From an uncultured delta proteobacterium (GTDB lineage: Bacteria; Myxococcota_A; UBA9160; SMWR01): 64,000 bases of DNA. The notes below the pieces were generated by a model that saw nothing but the letters and a program-made list of their open reading frames with translations, had not been told where the DNA came from and did no database searches. Below, piece by piece: positions 7,833 through 19,633 of this stretch (position 1 is the stretch's first letter; each line of letters begins with the position of its first letter). The translations under genes were made by a program, and so were the position numbers. The DNA is taken from assembly GCA_963832165.1 (NCBI GenBank), contig CAWHTE010000002.1, positions 384,001-448,000 on the forward strand, read 5' to 3'.

Positions 7833-10800
7833 GTGACCGCACCTGTCGCGGCCTGTGAGTACCCTGCGCGCCGTGTCGATGACGGTGTGGATCCGGCCGG
7901 CGCCCGCTTCGGGCATGGCCCGCGCGTGGTAGAGGCGGGCGTGCTCGCCGAGCTCGAGGCCGCGTGCGCACAGGCGGAGCGCGATCCCTCGCTTCTCGCG
8001 CATCCGCTGCGCGCGATCGTGCCGTCGCGCGCGCTGCGCGAGCAGCTCTGCTGCGCGCTCGTAGATCGCGGGCGTGCGCGCGTCGGGATCCGCGTTCAGA
8101 CATTGGACTCTCTCGCGCAAGAGGTCCTGGAACGCGCGGGTGAGTCGGGCGCGCCGGTGCTCTTGTTCGGCGAAGCCGTACGCGAGCTCGCTCGCCGCGA
8201 GCCTGCGCTCGCGAGCGAGCTCGATCCGCTCGACGACGGTCATGCTGCTGCCGTCGCGAGCGTCGAAGACCTGCTCGATGCCGGCTTCACCGAGTCGCAT
8301 ATCGACGTTCTGCTCGAGCGCGTTGCCGAGGTCGCGAGCGGTCCGGCGCTCGCACGCGCCCGTGCGCTGCTGCGCGTCGCGGCACACGTGGCGAGCGAGC
8401 TCGAGGAGCGGACGCTCGGGCATCGCTCTGCGGAGCTCGCGCGCGCGAGCGATCTCGTGCGCTCGGATCCGGCGATCCTGCCGACTCGCGCGCTCTGGAT
8501 TCACGGCTTTGCCGATGCGACCGGCGTCCAGCTCGACCTGCTCGAGACGCTCGCGCAGCGCTTCGAGAGCCGGATCTGGCTCGACCTCCCACGCGATCAC
8601 GAGCGCAGCGCGTTCGGTGCGCGGCTGCGCGAGCGGCTCGCGCCGGTTCCGGTCTTCGCCGCGCAGCCATCCTTCGAGACGCAGATCAGCGCCAGTCGCC
8701 ATGCCGATCCCGAGCACGAGGCGCGCGCCGCCGCGGCGTGGTCGCGCGAGCAGATCGCCGCCGGCACCGCGCCGGAGCGCATCGCGATCATCGCGCGTGA
8801 TCTCGCGCGACACCGGCTCGCGTTGCGCCGGCAGCTCGGACGCTTCGGCATTCCGTACTCGGGGATAGGGGAGCGAGGCTCGGTGACACCCGCTGGGCGC
8901 CACCTCGCAGCGCTGTGCGAGCTGCTCGATCGCCGCGGTGCGCTGCCCGCCGAGCGCTGGCTCGACGCGTGCGCTCGCGGCCCGGCCGCCGAGCCTGCGG
9001 ATCTGCGCGACGCGCTGCACAGGCTCGGGATCGCGACGTTCGGCGAGCTCGCGGCCGCGTCGCCCGAGCGGTGGAAGAGCGGCGTTCGGCTTCCGTCGCG
9101 CGTCGAGCTCAAAGTGGACGAGCAGGGCGCGCCGCGCGCGTCGCATCGTCTCGTCGGCGCCGTGCGGCTCGACCCGCTGCGCGACACCGCGATCGCGGTG
9201 CTGCGCCATCTCGAAGCCGAGCCCGCGCGCGCTCCGCTCGGCGTCCGCGCGGTGTTCCTGCTCGAGCTCGCCAGCCTGCTGCGCTGGAGCGAGGCGACGC
9301 CCGGGTACGTCGAGCTCTGCGCCGCGCTCGAGGAGCTCGAGCGCGCGGGCGATCGGGTCGTGCGGCGCGAAGACTGGACGCGCGTGCTGCGGCGCGCGCT
9401 TGCCGAGCCGTCCACCGATCCGCTCGGCGGCAGCGGCGGCGGCGTGCAGGTGCTGTCGGTGATGGAGGCGCGCGCGCGCGGCTTCGCGGCGCTGCGCGTG
9501 ATCGGCCTCAACCGGGGCGTGTTTCCGCGCCGCGTCTCCGACGATCCGTTGCTGCCCGACGCGCTGCGCCGCGCACTGCGAGACGTATTGCCGGATCTCC
9601 CGATCAAGGGCGAAGGTCACGAGGAGGAGCGCTTCCTGTTCGCGCAGCTCGTCGCGGCGGCGCCGCGCGTCCATCTCTCGTGCGCACAGCGCGACGCCAC
9701 CGGCCGCGCCACGCCGCCCTCGCCGCTGTTCGAGCGGACGCCGGCCGTCGTCGTCGAGGAGGGCGAGCCGGCGCTGCGCTCACCGCGCGATGCGCTGCTC
9801 GGCGCTGCGCTGCAGAGCCGTGCACCGTTCGCGGCGGCGCTGCCGGCCGCGCTCGCCGCTGCACGCCGTTCGCTGCGGCTCGGCGACGCGGACATCGCGC
9901 CGCTCGCGCGCGCGCGGCTCGCGGTGCTTCGCGAGATCGATCCGCGCGACGCGCGCCGCCACGAGCTCGGGCCGTTCCTCGGCACCGTCGGCGCGCCGCT
10001 TTCGCCGGCCGATCCGCGGCGCGCGCCGCTGTTCGTGACGCATCTCGAAGCCGCGGCTCGCTGCCCGTGGCAGGCATTCCTGTCGCGCGTTCTCGGCATT
10101 GCTCCCTCGCCGGACGCGCGCGGCGCATTGCCCGCCTCGCGCGACAAGCGCCTGCTCGGCAACGTCGTCCACGGCGCGCTCGCGCTCGCGGCAGCGGCGG
10201 GCGACTGGCCGCACTCGGTCGCGCCCGAATTCCTGCTCGAGGCCGCGCGTGAACAGATCGCCAAGGAGGGAGTGGCGCTGGCCGGTTTTGCGCAAGCGCT
10301 CGCGCGCTGTGCGGCACCCTATGTGGAGGTGGCGCGCCGGCTCGACGCGGCGGGGTCCGCGAAGATCGTGGGCATCGAGCAAGAGGGCGTCGTGCGAGTG
10401 TGCGACGCGGCCGGCGTCGAGCGCGAGCTGCATTTCCGGGCCGACCGCGTCGACGAGCTCGGCGGCACCGTGCGCCGCACCGACTGGAAGGCGGGCGGCC
10501 CGAAGAGCATTCCCGATCACCAGAAGGGTCTGGCACAAGGCACGCTGGTGCAGATCCACGCCTACGCCCAGGACGGCTCGCACGCGCGTTATGTGTATCT
10601 CGATCCCGAGCACGACGACGCCAAGCGCGTGATCGACGCGAACGCGATCGATCCCGGGCGCACCGCGTTCGACGCGGCCGTGGCGACGCTGCTCGCTGCG
10701 CGCGATGCGGGCGCATTCCCGCCGCGGCTGCGCAGGCCCGACCGCGACGAAGAGATCGGCGCGTGTCGCAGCTGCGAGCTGCGGCCCGCGTGTCTGCGCG

Positions 10801-10913
10801 GCGACAGCGGCGCGCGCATGCGGATCGCCGCGTGGGCGGAAGGGGCCGGCGCCGGCAGCGAGCTCGAGCGCGCTGCGCTCGCCGTCTGGCGTCTGCCCGA
10901 GGCGGGAACATGA
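7833..10913 (+). CDS. addB: AddB-like helicase/nuclease subunit (PD-(D/E)XK nuclease, Fe-S cysteines); start uncertain
   Basis: ARCPWQAFL, FRADRVD...TDWKAG, CRSCELRPAC; ATGA overlap with the UvrD-family gene. Confidence 0.8.
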   Translation: MTAPVAACEYPARRVDDGVDPAGARFGHGPRVVEAGVLAELEAACAQAERDPSLLAHPLRAIVPSRALREQLCCALVDRGRARVGIRVQTLDSLAQEVLERAGESGAPVLLFGEAVRELARREPALASELDPLDDGHAAAVASVEDLLDAGFTESHIDVLLERVAEVASGPALARARALLRVAAHVASELEERTLGHRSAELARASDLVRSDPAILPTRALWIHGFADATGVQLDLLETLAQRFESRIWLDLPRDHERSAFGARLRERLAPVPVFAAQPSFETQISASRHADPEHEARAAAAWSREQIAAGTAPERIAIIARDLARHRLALRRQLGRFGIPYSGIGERGSVTPAGRHLAALCELLDRRGALPAERWLDACARGPAAEPADLRDALHRLGIATFGELAAASPERWKSGVRLPSRVELKVDEQGAPRASHRLVGAVRLDPLRDTAIAVLRHLEAEPARAPLGVRAVFLLELASLLRWSEATPGYVELCAALEELERAGDRVVRREDWTRVLRRALAEPSTDPLGGSGGGVQVLSVMEARARGFAALRVIGLNRGVFPRRVSDDPLLPDALRRALRDVLPDLPIKGEGHEEERFLFAQLVAAAPRVHLSCAQRDATGRATPPSPLFERTPAVVVEEGEPALRSPRDALLGAALQSRAPFAAALPAALAAARRSLRLGDADIAPLARARLAVLREIDPRDARRHELGPFLGTVGAPLSPADPRRAPLFVTHLEAAARCPWQAFLSRVLGIAPSPDARGALPASRDKRLLGNVVHGALALAAAAGDWPHSVAPEFLLEAAREQIAKEGVALAGFAQALARCAAPYVEVARRLDAAGSAKIVGIEQEGVVRVCDAAGVERELHFRADRVDELGGTVRRTDWKAGGPKSIPDHQKGLAQGTLVQIHAYAQDGSHARYVYLDPEHDDAKRVIDANAIDPGRTAFDAAVATLLAARDAGAFPPRLRRPDRDEEIGACRSCELRPACLRGDSGARMRIAAWAEGAGAGSELERAALAVWRLPEAGT

Positions 10914-13900
10914 GCGACACGCTGCTCGCGAGCCGCTCGGCCGACGCGCGCAGCCGCACGCTCGCGCAGACCGAGTTCACGCGCCCGGTCGCGATCGAGG
11001 CCGGCGCGGGCACCGGCAAGACGGCGATCCTCGTGGCGCGCGTGCTCGCGTGGTGTCTCGGCCCGGGATGGGAGCTCGCGCGTACGCGAGAGCCCGAGGC
11101 CGAAGCCGCGCGGATCGCCGAGCGCGTGTTGCGCGGCGTCGTCGCGATCACGTTCACCGAGGCGGCTGCGGCCGAGATGGACACGCGGATCGAGCAGGCG
11201 CTCGCCGCGCTCGACCGCGGCGAGCGGCCCGTCGGCTTCGAAATGCCCGCACCGCTCGACCGGGTCGCTGCGCTGCGGGGCGCACTCGATCAGCTCGTCG
11301 TCGAGACGATCCACGCCTACTGCCGGCGTCTGCTGGCCGCGCATCCGATCGAGGCGGGTCTGCATCCGCTCTTCGAGGTGGATGCCGACGGCGCCTTCGC
11401 GGCGGAAGCGGTGCGCGACGCGGTGTCGGAGCAGCTCGGCGCCGCGTATTCGCGCGGCGACGCGCACGCGCTCGAGCTCGCGCGCCTGGGCATTGGACCG
11501 CTCGAGCTCGAGGCGGAGCTCATCGCGCAGCGCGGCGCCGGGGTCGCGGCCGCGGAGATCGCGAGCGATCCGCTCGCACCCGAGCGGATCGAGGCGCTGC
11601 GCGCGCGACTCGCCGCGGCGCACGCGGAGCTGGAGACCGCCGCTGCCGGTCGCCTCGCTTCGGTGCGCAAGGGGGGGAAGGCGTTGGTGGTAGCGGATGC
11701 GCTCCGCACCGCGCGCGGACTCCTCGCCGCGCAGGCGCGCAACCGCGAAGACCTCGAGCGCCTGCGCTCCGGCGTCGTCGAGGCCTGGCAGGGGACGGCC
11801 CGGAATGCCCTGCCGAAGTGGGCGAACGAAGACTTCACGCAAGCCGAAGCGGACGCTTTCGCCGAGCGCCGGCCAGAGATCGCCGCCGCCGCAGGCGGCC
11901 TCGCTCCACTGCTCGCGCACCTCGAGAAGATCGATCCCGCGGCGCTGGAGCCGCTCGCGCCGACGCTCGGGGCGCTCGCTGCCGATGTGGAGGAGCGTCT
12001 GCGCCGTCAGGGCCGCGTGAGCTTCGAGGACCTGCTCACGCGCTCCGCCGCGCTGCTCGCCCACCACCCGCGCGTGGCCGCAGAGCTGCGGCGCGGCATC
12101 GATCAGCTGCTCGTCGACGAGTTCCAGGATACCGACGCGCGCCAGTGTGCGATCGTCGACGCGCTCGCGCTCGAAGGTGCGGCGGCGGACCGGCCCGGGC
12201 TGTTCCTGGTCGGTGATCCGAAGCAGTCGATCTACGGCTGGCGCAATGCCGATCTCGAGGCGTACGAGCGCATGCTCGCGCGCGTGCGCGAGGCCGGCGG
12301 CAGCGTCGGCACGCTCAGCGTCAACCACCGCTCGGTGCCGGCGATCCTGCGCGAGGTCGAGCGCGTCGTGGCGCCGGTGATGGTGCAGGTCGCCGGTCTC
12401 CAGCCCGCGTTCGAAGCGCTCGCGCCGAGCGAGGAGCGCGAGGCGTCGCCGGGCTTTGCCGCGGGCGGTCGCGCTGCCGTGGAGTTCTGGCTGCCCGTGG
12501 AGTGCGACGACCAGGGCGCGCTTCGCAAGATGCGCGCGTCCGAAGCAGCGGCGGTCGAAGCGCGCGCGCTCGCGCGCGACCTGCGCGAGCTGCACGACGC
12601 GCACGGCCTCGCATGGGGCAGCTTCGGCGTGCTGTTCCGGAGCCGCGGCGATTGGGACGTCTACCTCGGCGCGCTGCGCGAGGCGGAGATCCCGTTCTCG
12701 GTCGAGGGCGATCGCACCTACTACCGGCGCCGCGAGATCGTCGACGCGGTCGGGCTCGTGTGCTGCGTGCTCGATCCGAACGATCAGCTCGCGCTGCTGA
12801 CGCTGTTGCGATCGAGTGTCGCGGGCATTCCCGACGCGGCGTGGATTCCGCTCTGGGTGGCCGGCTTCCCGAAGCTCGCCGCGAAGCTCGGATTCGATGC
12901 GAGCGCGCTCGCCGCGCTCGAGCCCATGCTGGGCGAGGTCGCGGGCGCGATCGACGGCACGGTGCCGGGCCTCGAGCGCATCTCCGACTGGCCCACGTCG
13001 GCGTTCGCGTGTCTCGAGGCGATCGATGCGCTGCGCCGCAGCTTCGAGCGCGATCCCGGGGACGTGTTCGTCGAGCGGCTGCGCGCGGCGCTGTGCTTCG
13101 AGGCGGCGGAAGCGGCGCGCTTCCTCGGCGCGTGGCGCGCGGCGAACCTCGAGCGCTTCTTCTGCGACCTCGCCGACGGGCTCGCCGCGGGCGAGCCCGT
13201 GGGTGCGCTGCTGCGGCGGATCCGGCGCGCGGTGGCCGAGGAGGAGACGCCGAGCGCCGAGCCCACCGCACCGGGGTCGCTCGATGCCGTCACCGTGGTG
13301 ACGCTGCACGGCGCGAAGGGCCTCGACTGGGATCACGTGTACCTGATGCAGCTGCACAAGGGTGCGGCGCGCCGCGCGACGCCGGGCGAGTGCGGTCGCG
13401 TCGACGGCGTGCTCGAGACGACCTGGTGCGGTGTTCCCACGCTCGCGTTCGACGCCGTGGCGGATCGGCGCGGCCGCGTCGCAGACGCCGAGCGCGTGCG
13501 CACCCTCTACGTCGGCATGACGCGCGCGCGCGAGCGGCTCGTGGTGTCGGGCGTGTGGCCCGAGTTCCTGCGCGCGGGCGAAGACTCGCACGCGGCGCTG
13601 CTCGTGGAGCGCAATCCGGCGCCGCCGGGCTGGAGCGCGGTGCTGGCGCAGGGGATCGACGGACGCGTCGAGGCCGCCGACGCGTGTTGGGTGCTCCCTG
13701 CGCTGCGCGCGGTCGCACCCTCCGCGACACCCGATCCGGTCGAGCCGGACGAGCCCGCCGAGTTCGCGCCGATCGCGGCGGCGGAGCCGATCGCGGACGC
13801 CGAGCAGCGCATGGCGCTGCCGATCGGAGCATCGGTGACGAAGCTGGTCGAGCCCGACGACGCGCAAGCGCAGGGTGCACGCACTCCGACGCCACGCTCC

Positions 13901-14473
13901 GCGGCGCGCTGGGTGGGCACCGCGATCCACGCGGCGCTCGAGCGCATCGACCTCGGCGCGAGCGCTGCCGAGTGGAGCGACCAGCGCGCGCGCATCGCCG
14001 CGCAGATCGCTGCCGCGGCGCCGCCCGACGAGCGCGCGCAGGCGACCGAGGACGCGCTCGCGTGCTGGGACGCGCTCGCGAGCGGTCCGATCGCGGCTCG
14101 GCTGCGCGCGCTCTCCGAGCGCGTCGTCGCGCGCGAGCTGCCCGTTCTGCTGGGGCCGACGCAATCACCGTGCAGCGAGCCGAAGGCGTATGCGACGGAG
14201 TCGCTCGGCTTCGTGGCCGGCAGCGTGGATCTGCTCTACCGCGGGGACGACGGGCGGCTCGTGGTGGTCGACTACAAGACCGATCGCGTCGATCCGAGCA
14301 CGGGCGATGCGCGCGTTCGCCGCGAGAGCTATGCGCGGCAGGGCGAGCTCTACTGTCGCGCGGTGGGCGAGGCGCTCTGCACCGAGCCACCGCGCTTCGA
14401 GATCTGGTGGCTGCGCAGCGGGGTGGTCGAGCAGGTTCCAGTGGCGGGCGCCGCGAGCGCGGCGGATCGGTAA
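10910..14473 (+). CDS. addA: AddA-like UvrD superfamily helicase/nuclease
   Basis: EAGAGTGKT, ITFTEAAA, VDEFQDT, VGDPKQSIY, TLHGAKGL, LYVGMTRAR; C-terminal GSVDLL...VDYKTD nuclease. Confidence 0.9.
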   Translation: MSDTLLASRSADARSRTLAQTEFTRPVAIEAGAGTGKTAILVARVLAWCLGPGWELARTREPEAEAARIAERVLRGVVAITFTEAAAAEMDTRIEQALAALDRGERPVGFEMPAPLDRVAALRGALDQLVVETIHAYCRRLLAAHPIEAGLHPLFEVDADGAFAAEAVRDAVSEQLGAAYSRGDAHALELARLGIGPLELEAELIAQRGAGVAAAEIASDPLAPERIEALRARLAAAHAELETAAAGRLASVRKGGKALVVADALRTARGLLAAQARNREDLERLRSGVVEAWQGTARNALPKWANEDFTQAEADAFAERRPEIAAAAGGLAPLLAHLEKIDPAALEPLAPTLGALAADVEERLRRQGRVSFEDLLTRSAALLAHHPRVAAELRRGIDQLLVDEFQDTDARQCAIVDALALEGAAADRPGLFLVGDPKQSIYGWRNADLEAYERMLARVREAGGSVGTLSVNHRSVPAILREVERVVAPVMVQVAGLQPAFEALAPSEEREASPGFAAGGRAAVEFWLPVECDDQGALRKMRASEAAAVEARALARDLRELHDAHGLAWGSFGVLFRSRGDWDVYLGALREAEIPFSVEGDRTYYRRREIVDAVGLVCCVLDPNDQLALLTLLRSSVAGIPDAAWIPLWVAGFPKLAAKLGFDASALAALEPMLGEVAGAIDGTVPGLERISDWPTSAFACLEAIDALRRSFERDPGDVFVERLRAALCFEAAEAARFLGAWRAANLERFFCDLADGLAAGEPVGALLRRIRRAVAEEETPSAEPTAPGSLDAVTVVTLHGAKGLDWDHVYLMQLHKGAARRATPGECGRVDGVLETTWCGVPTLAFDAVADRRGRVADAERVRTLYVGMTRARERLVVSGVWPEFLRAGEDSHAALLVERNPAPPGWSAVLAQGIDGRVEAADACWVLPALRAVAPSATPDPVEPDEPAEFAPIAAAEPIADAEQRMALPIGASVTKLVEPDDAQAQGARTPTPRSAARWVGTAIHAALERIDLGASAAEWSDQRARIAAQIAAAAPPDERAQATEDALACWDALASGPIAARLRALSERVVARELPVLLGPTQSPCSEPKAYATESLGFVAGSVDLLYRGDDGRLVVVDYKTDRVDPSTGDARVRRESYARQGELYCRAVGEALCTEPPRFEIWWLRSGVVEQVPVAGAASAADR

Positions 14474-14486
14474 CATCGCCGAGCAC

Positions 14487-15934
<1,448 letters not shown>

Positions 15935-15938
<4 letters not shown>

Positions 15939-17326
15939 GCGAGGTGGTCTCGGTGCGCAGCGTGCTCGCGCGCGAGCGCGCGGGCGGCAGCGTCACGGTG
16001 CGCGGATGGCTGCGCACGACGCGCCACTCGAAGGGCGTCTCGTTCCTCGAGGTCTCCGACGGCTCGTGCTTCGCGGGTCTCCAGGTGGTCGCAGAGCCCG
16101 CGCTCGCGAACTACGAGAGCGAGGTGAGCACGCTCGGCACCGGATGCGCGGTGTCGGTGACGGGAGAGATCGTCGATTCGCCGGGGCAGGGGCAGCGCTA
16201 CGAGCTGCGCGCGACGCGCGTCGAGCTCGTCGGCGGAGTCGCGGCCGACTACCCGCTCCAGAAGAAGCGCCACTCGTTCGAGTTCCTGCGCACGATCGCG
16301 CACCTGCGGCCGCGCACCAACACGATCGGCGCGGTGCTGCGCGTGCGCAACGCCGCGTCGGTGGCGATCCACCAGTTCTTTCAGGAGCGCGGCTTCCTGT
16401 GCCTGCAGACGCCCGTGATCACGGCGTCGGACGCGGAGGGCGCGGGCGAGATGTTCCGCGTCACCACGCTCGACGCGGGCAACCCGCCGCGCGACGCGTC
16501 GGGCCGCGTCGACTGGTCGGCCGACTTCTTCGGGCGCGAGGCGTTCCTGACCGTATCGGGCCAGCTCGAGGGGGAGATCGGCGCGCTCGCGATGACGAAC
16601 GTGTACACGTTCGGCCCGACGTTCCGCGCCGAGAATTCGAACACGAGCCGACACCTCGCCGAGTTCTGGATGATCGAGCCCGAGATGGCGTTCTGCGATC
16701 TCGCGGGCAACATGGACGTCGCCGAGGCGTTCCTGAAGTCGCTGTTCGCGGCGGTGCTCGAGCGCTGCCCCGACGACCTCGCGTTCTTCAACGAGCGCAT
16801 CGACGACACCGTGATCGCGACGCTCGAGCACATCGTCCGCGCGCCGTTCGAGCGCATGACCTACAGCGAGGCGATCGCGATCCTCGAGAAGAGCGGGCGC
16901 ACGTTCGAGTTCCCCGTGAAGTGGGGCGCCGATCTGCAGAGCGAGCACGAGCGCTTCCTGGCCGAGGAGCACGTCGGGCGGCCCGTGATCGTCACGGACT
17001 ATCCCGCGGCGATCAAGGCGTTCTACATGTACCTGAACGACGACGAGCGCACGGTGCGCGCGATGGACGTGCTCGTGCCGAAGGTCGGCGAGATCATCGG
17101 CGGCTCGCAGCGCGAGCACCGCGAGGAGGTGCTGCGCCGACGGATCGCCGCGTCGGGCCTCGACCCGGCCGACTACGGCTGGTATCTCGACCTGCGCCGC
17201 TTCGGCAGCGCGCCGCACGCGGGCTTCGGCCTGGGCTTCGAGCGCATCGTGCAGTTCATCACCGGCATGAAGAACATCCGCGACGTGATCCCGTTCCCGC
17301 GCGTGCCGGGTTATGCGGAGTTCTAG
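15935..17326 (+). CDS. asnS: Asparagine--tRNA ligase
   Basis: [46 protein letters not shown]. Confidence 0.96.
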
Positions 17327-17727
17327 TGGCGGTGCGGATCGTCCGGCTCGGCACCGATCGCAGCGACGGTGAGGGTCTGCGCATCGGGACCGTCCGCCGG
17401 CCGCCGCGCGGCGTGGCGAAGGCGGAGTTCGCGTCGCGCAACTTCTACGACGTCTGGTTTCCGAACCTGGCTCCGAGCGAGGATCTCCTGAAACGCGGTC
17501 AGCGCGCGCAGACCGAGCCCGAGTGGCGCGCGTTTGCGCGCGCGTACCGCAGGGAGATGGCGACGCCCGAGAGCCGGCGCACGCTCGACCTGCTCGCTGC
17601 GCTCTCGCACCACGCGAGCTTCTCGGTCGGCTGCTACTGCGAGGACGAGTCGCGCTGCCACCGGTCGATCCTGCGCGAGCTCCTCGTCGAGCGCGGCGCC
17701 GACGTCAGATCGCGCAAAGGGTTGTAA
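17326..17727 (+). CDS. DUF488 family protein
   Basis: IGTVRRPPRGV.K, WFPNLAPS, GCYCEDESRCHRSIL. Confidence 0.85.
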   Translation: MAVRIVRLGTDRSDGEGLRIGTVRRPPRGVAKAEFASRNFYDVWFPNLAPSEDLLKRGQRAQTEPEWRAFARAYRREMATPESRRTLDLLAALSHHASFSVGCYCEDESRCHRSILRELLVERGADVRSRKGL

Positions 17728-17806
17728 GAAAGGTCGCGGGATGGCGCGAATTGCAATTTCAGGGGCACGCTCGCGCGAATCTGAGCCAGACGCGATGGCA
17801 ACAATC

Positions 17807-17822
17807 CGGCGCGAATTTTGCA
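17807..17822 (+). promoter_or_regulatory. Sigma54 (-24/-12) promoter for the Lpp/OprI-like gene
   Basis: CGGCGCGAATTTTGCA is GG-N10-GC, close to TGGCACG-N4-TTGCW; about 60 nt before an AGGAGG-led ATG. Confidence 0.6.
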
Positions 17823-17881
17823 CCAACCCCGGGCGCGAGACGACGCAGCACGCGCTCGTCTCCGACGACGCCAGGAGGGAA

Positions 17882-18121
17882 ATGATGCAAAACCAATCGA
17901 TCGCAGTCGTGGGTGCCTGCCTAACACTGCTCGCAACCGGCTGCGCGACGAGCGGGTCGGTGGACAAGCTCGACGATCGGATCGGCAATCTCGAACAGCG
18001 CCTGGGCGACATCGAGCGCCGGGCGGCTGCGGCCGAGAGCGCCGCGCAACAAGCCGCTGCGGACGCGCGCCAGAACACCGAGCGCTCCGAGGCGATGTTC
18101 AAGAAGTCGGTGACGAAGTAG
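17882..18121 (+). CDS. Lpp/OprI-family alanine-zipper outer-membrane lipoprotein
   Basis: Lipobox LATGC, heptad coiled coil, Ala-rich stretch, C-terminal Lys (MFKKSVTK); AGGAGG RBS. Confidence 0.85.
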   Translation: MMQNQSIAVVGACLTLLATGCATSGSVDKLDDRIGNLEQRLGDIERRAAAAESAAQQAAADARQNTERSEAMFKKSVTK

Positions 18122-19007
18122 GTTTCGGCGCCGGAAGCGTTCCCACTCTCACCGGGAGACCGCGTGCCTCTTCGATCGCGCGGGTCACCAGCTCGAGGTC
18201 GAGATACTCGAGCACGCCCAGTGCGCGCGGGACGTCGAGGGCGCTCTGCCGGTCGCGTTTCAGACCGTAGAGATCGGGGTGCGCCTCCAGGTAGATGTGC
18301 GTCCCGTCGCTGCCCCACTTCGCCGTCTGGTAGACGATCTGCACGCGCGTTCCCTCGCGCACGCGGCCGTACAGGCGCCGGATGTCGTCCTCGTAGAGGC
18401 GCAGACATCCGTGCGTGGCCTCGCGCCCGATCGACCAGCGCACGTTGGTGCCGTGGATCCCGTACGAGGTGCCCCCGATCGATAGCCAGCGGCTGCCGAG
18501 CGGATTGTCGGGACCGGCGGGCACCTGCGCGGGCAGCTCGGGCTTCTCGGCGCGGATCGACGCCGGCACGTTCCAGACCGGGTCCTCGCGTTTCGCCCCC
18601 ACCTTGAAGTCGCCCAGGATCGAAGGGTCGGCCTGGTCGCCGACGGCGAGCGCGAACACCTCGGGGCCGGGGCGGTAGCGCACCGTGTAGTCGAACAGGC
18701 GCATCTCGGGGATGTTGACGACGAGCCCCTCTTCGTCGGTATCCGGCAGGATGTACTGGGTCGGAAGGAGCACCTGGGTTCCCGCGGCTGGAATCCAGGG
18801 ATCGACGCCCGGATTGAGGCGCTCGATCGCCAGGTATCCGACCCTGCGCCGATAGGCGACGTCGAGCAGCGTCTCGCCCTGCGCGACGACGGTGCTCTCT
18901 TCGCGGCCCAGCACCGGACGCAGCCCGGGTGTCTGCCCGCCTCCGGGCACGGGTGCGGCGATTGCGATTGCAATCAGCCACCCGAGTGCAAGACTCCCGC
19001 GCCGCAT
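18099..19007 (-). CDS. L,D-transpeptidase, ErfK/YbiS/YcfS/YnhG type with LysM-like N-terminal domain
   Basis: LNPGVDPWIP, VVNIPEMRL, PAGPDNPLG, YGIHGTN...ATHGCLRL. Confidence 0.92.
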   Translation of the reverse strand: MRRGSLALGWLIAIAIAAPVPGGGQTPGLRPVLGREESTVVAQGETLLDVAYRRRVGYLAIERLNPGVDPWIPAAGTQVLLPTQYILPDTDEEGLVVNIPEMRLFDYTVRYRPGPEVFALAVGDQADPSILGDFKVGAKREDPVWNVPASIRAEKPELPAQVPAGPDNPLGSRWLSIGGTSYGIHGTNVRWSIGREATHGCLRLYEDDIRRLYGRVREGTRVQIVYQTAKWGSDGTHIYLEAHPDLYGLKRDRQSALDVPRALGVLEYLDLELVTRAIEEARGLPVRVGTLPAPKPTSSPTS

Positions 19008-19629
19008 GGTTGGGCACAGAGTACGGGACCTCGGACCGATCTTCGCCGCGGCAATCTTCGCGTGCGCCCCGACTACATCGCCGCCGCCGCTCGCGGTGCT
19101 GTCTCCCGCTCCTCCGCCTCGCGTGGAGGCGCCGGCGGCCTGCGAGCGGATCGTCGCGATCGCGGTGAGCAAGCGGGAGCGGCGGCTGCGCGCAGAGTGC
19201 GAGGGCGGAGCGCTCATCGAGATGGTGGTGGCGCTCGGCCGTGGAGACGAGGGCCCCAAGCTGCGCGTCGGAGACTCGCGCACGCCCGAGGGTCGGTATC
19301 GGGTCAGCGGACCGCCGCGGCAGAGCCGCTTCCACCAGTTCATTCCGATCGACTACCCCTCGCTCTCCGACGCCGAGGCGGCGCATGGCGAGGGTCGCCT
19401 TTCCGACGTCGAGTATCGCCGGATCGCGGCCGCCCATGCGCAGGGACAGCCGCCGCCCGCGGACACCGCGCTCGGCGGCTACCTCGGCCTGCACGGCGAG
19501 GGCAAGCGCTGGCACGGCGACTCGCGCCTCCTCGACTGGACCCTGGGCTGCCTCGGGCTCGCGGACGCGGACGTCGAATTCATCGCGGCACGCCTCGCCG
19601 TCGGAACGCCGGTATCGATCTTCCCCTGA
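19006..19629 (+). CDS. YkuD-family lipoprotein of the YafK/DpaA-like subfamily; start uncertain
   Basis: Lipobox IFAC; GPKLRVGDSRTPEGRY, IDYPS..D, GGYLGLHG, DWTLGC. Confidence 0.82.
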   Translation: MVGHRVRDLGPIFAAAIFACAPTTSPPPLAVLSPAPPPRVEAPAACERIVAIAVSKRERRLRAECEGGALIEMVVALGRGDEGPKLRVGDSRTPEGRYRVSGPPRQSRFHQFIPIDYPSLSDAEAAHGEGRLSDVEYRRIAAAHAQGQPPPADTALGGYLGLHGEGKRWHGDSRLLDWTLGCLGLADADVEFIAARLAVGTPVSIFP

Positions 19630-19633
19630 CGCG

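Noticed and set aside
7833..14473. Helicase-nuclease pair as a novel defence system, or its PD-(D/E)XK domain as Cas4
   Set aside because: Order, size and motifs fit housekeeping AddAB.
17742..17755. TGGCGCGAATTGCA as a sigma54 promoter
   Set aside because: GG-to-GC spacing is 8, not 10; the site at 17807 fits instead.
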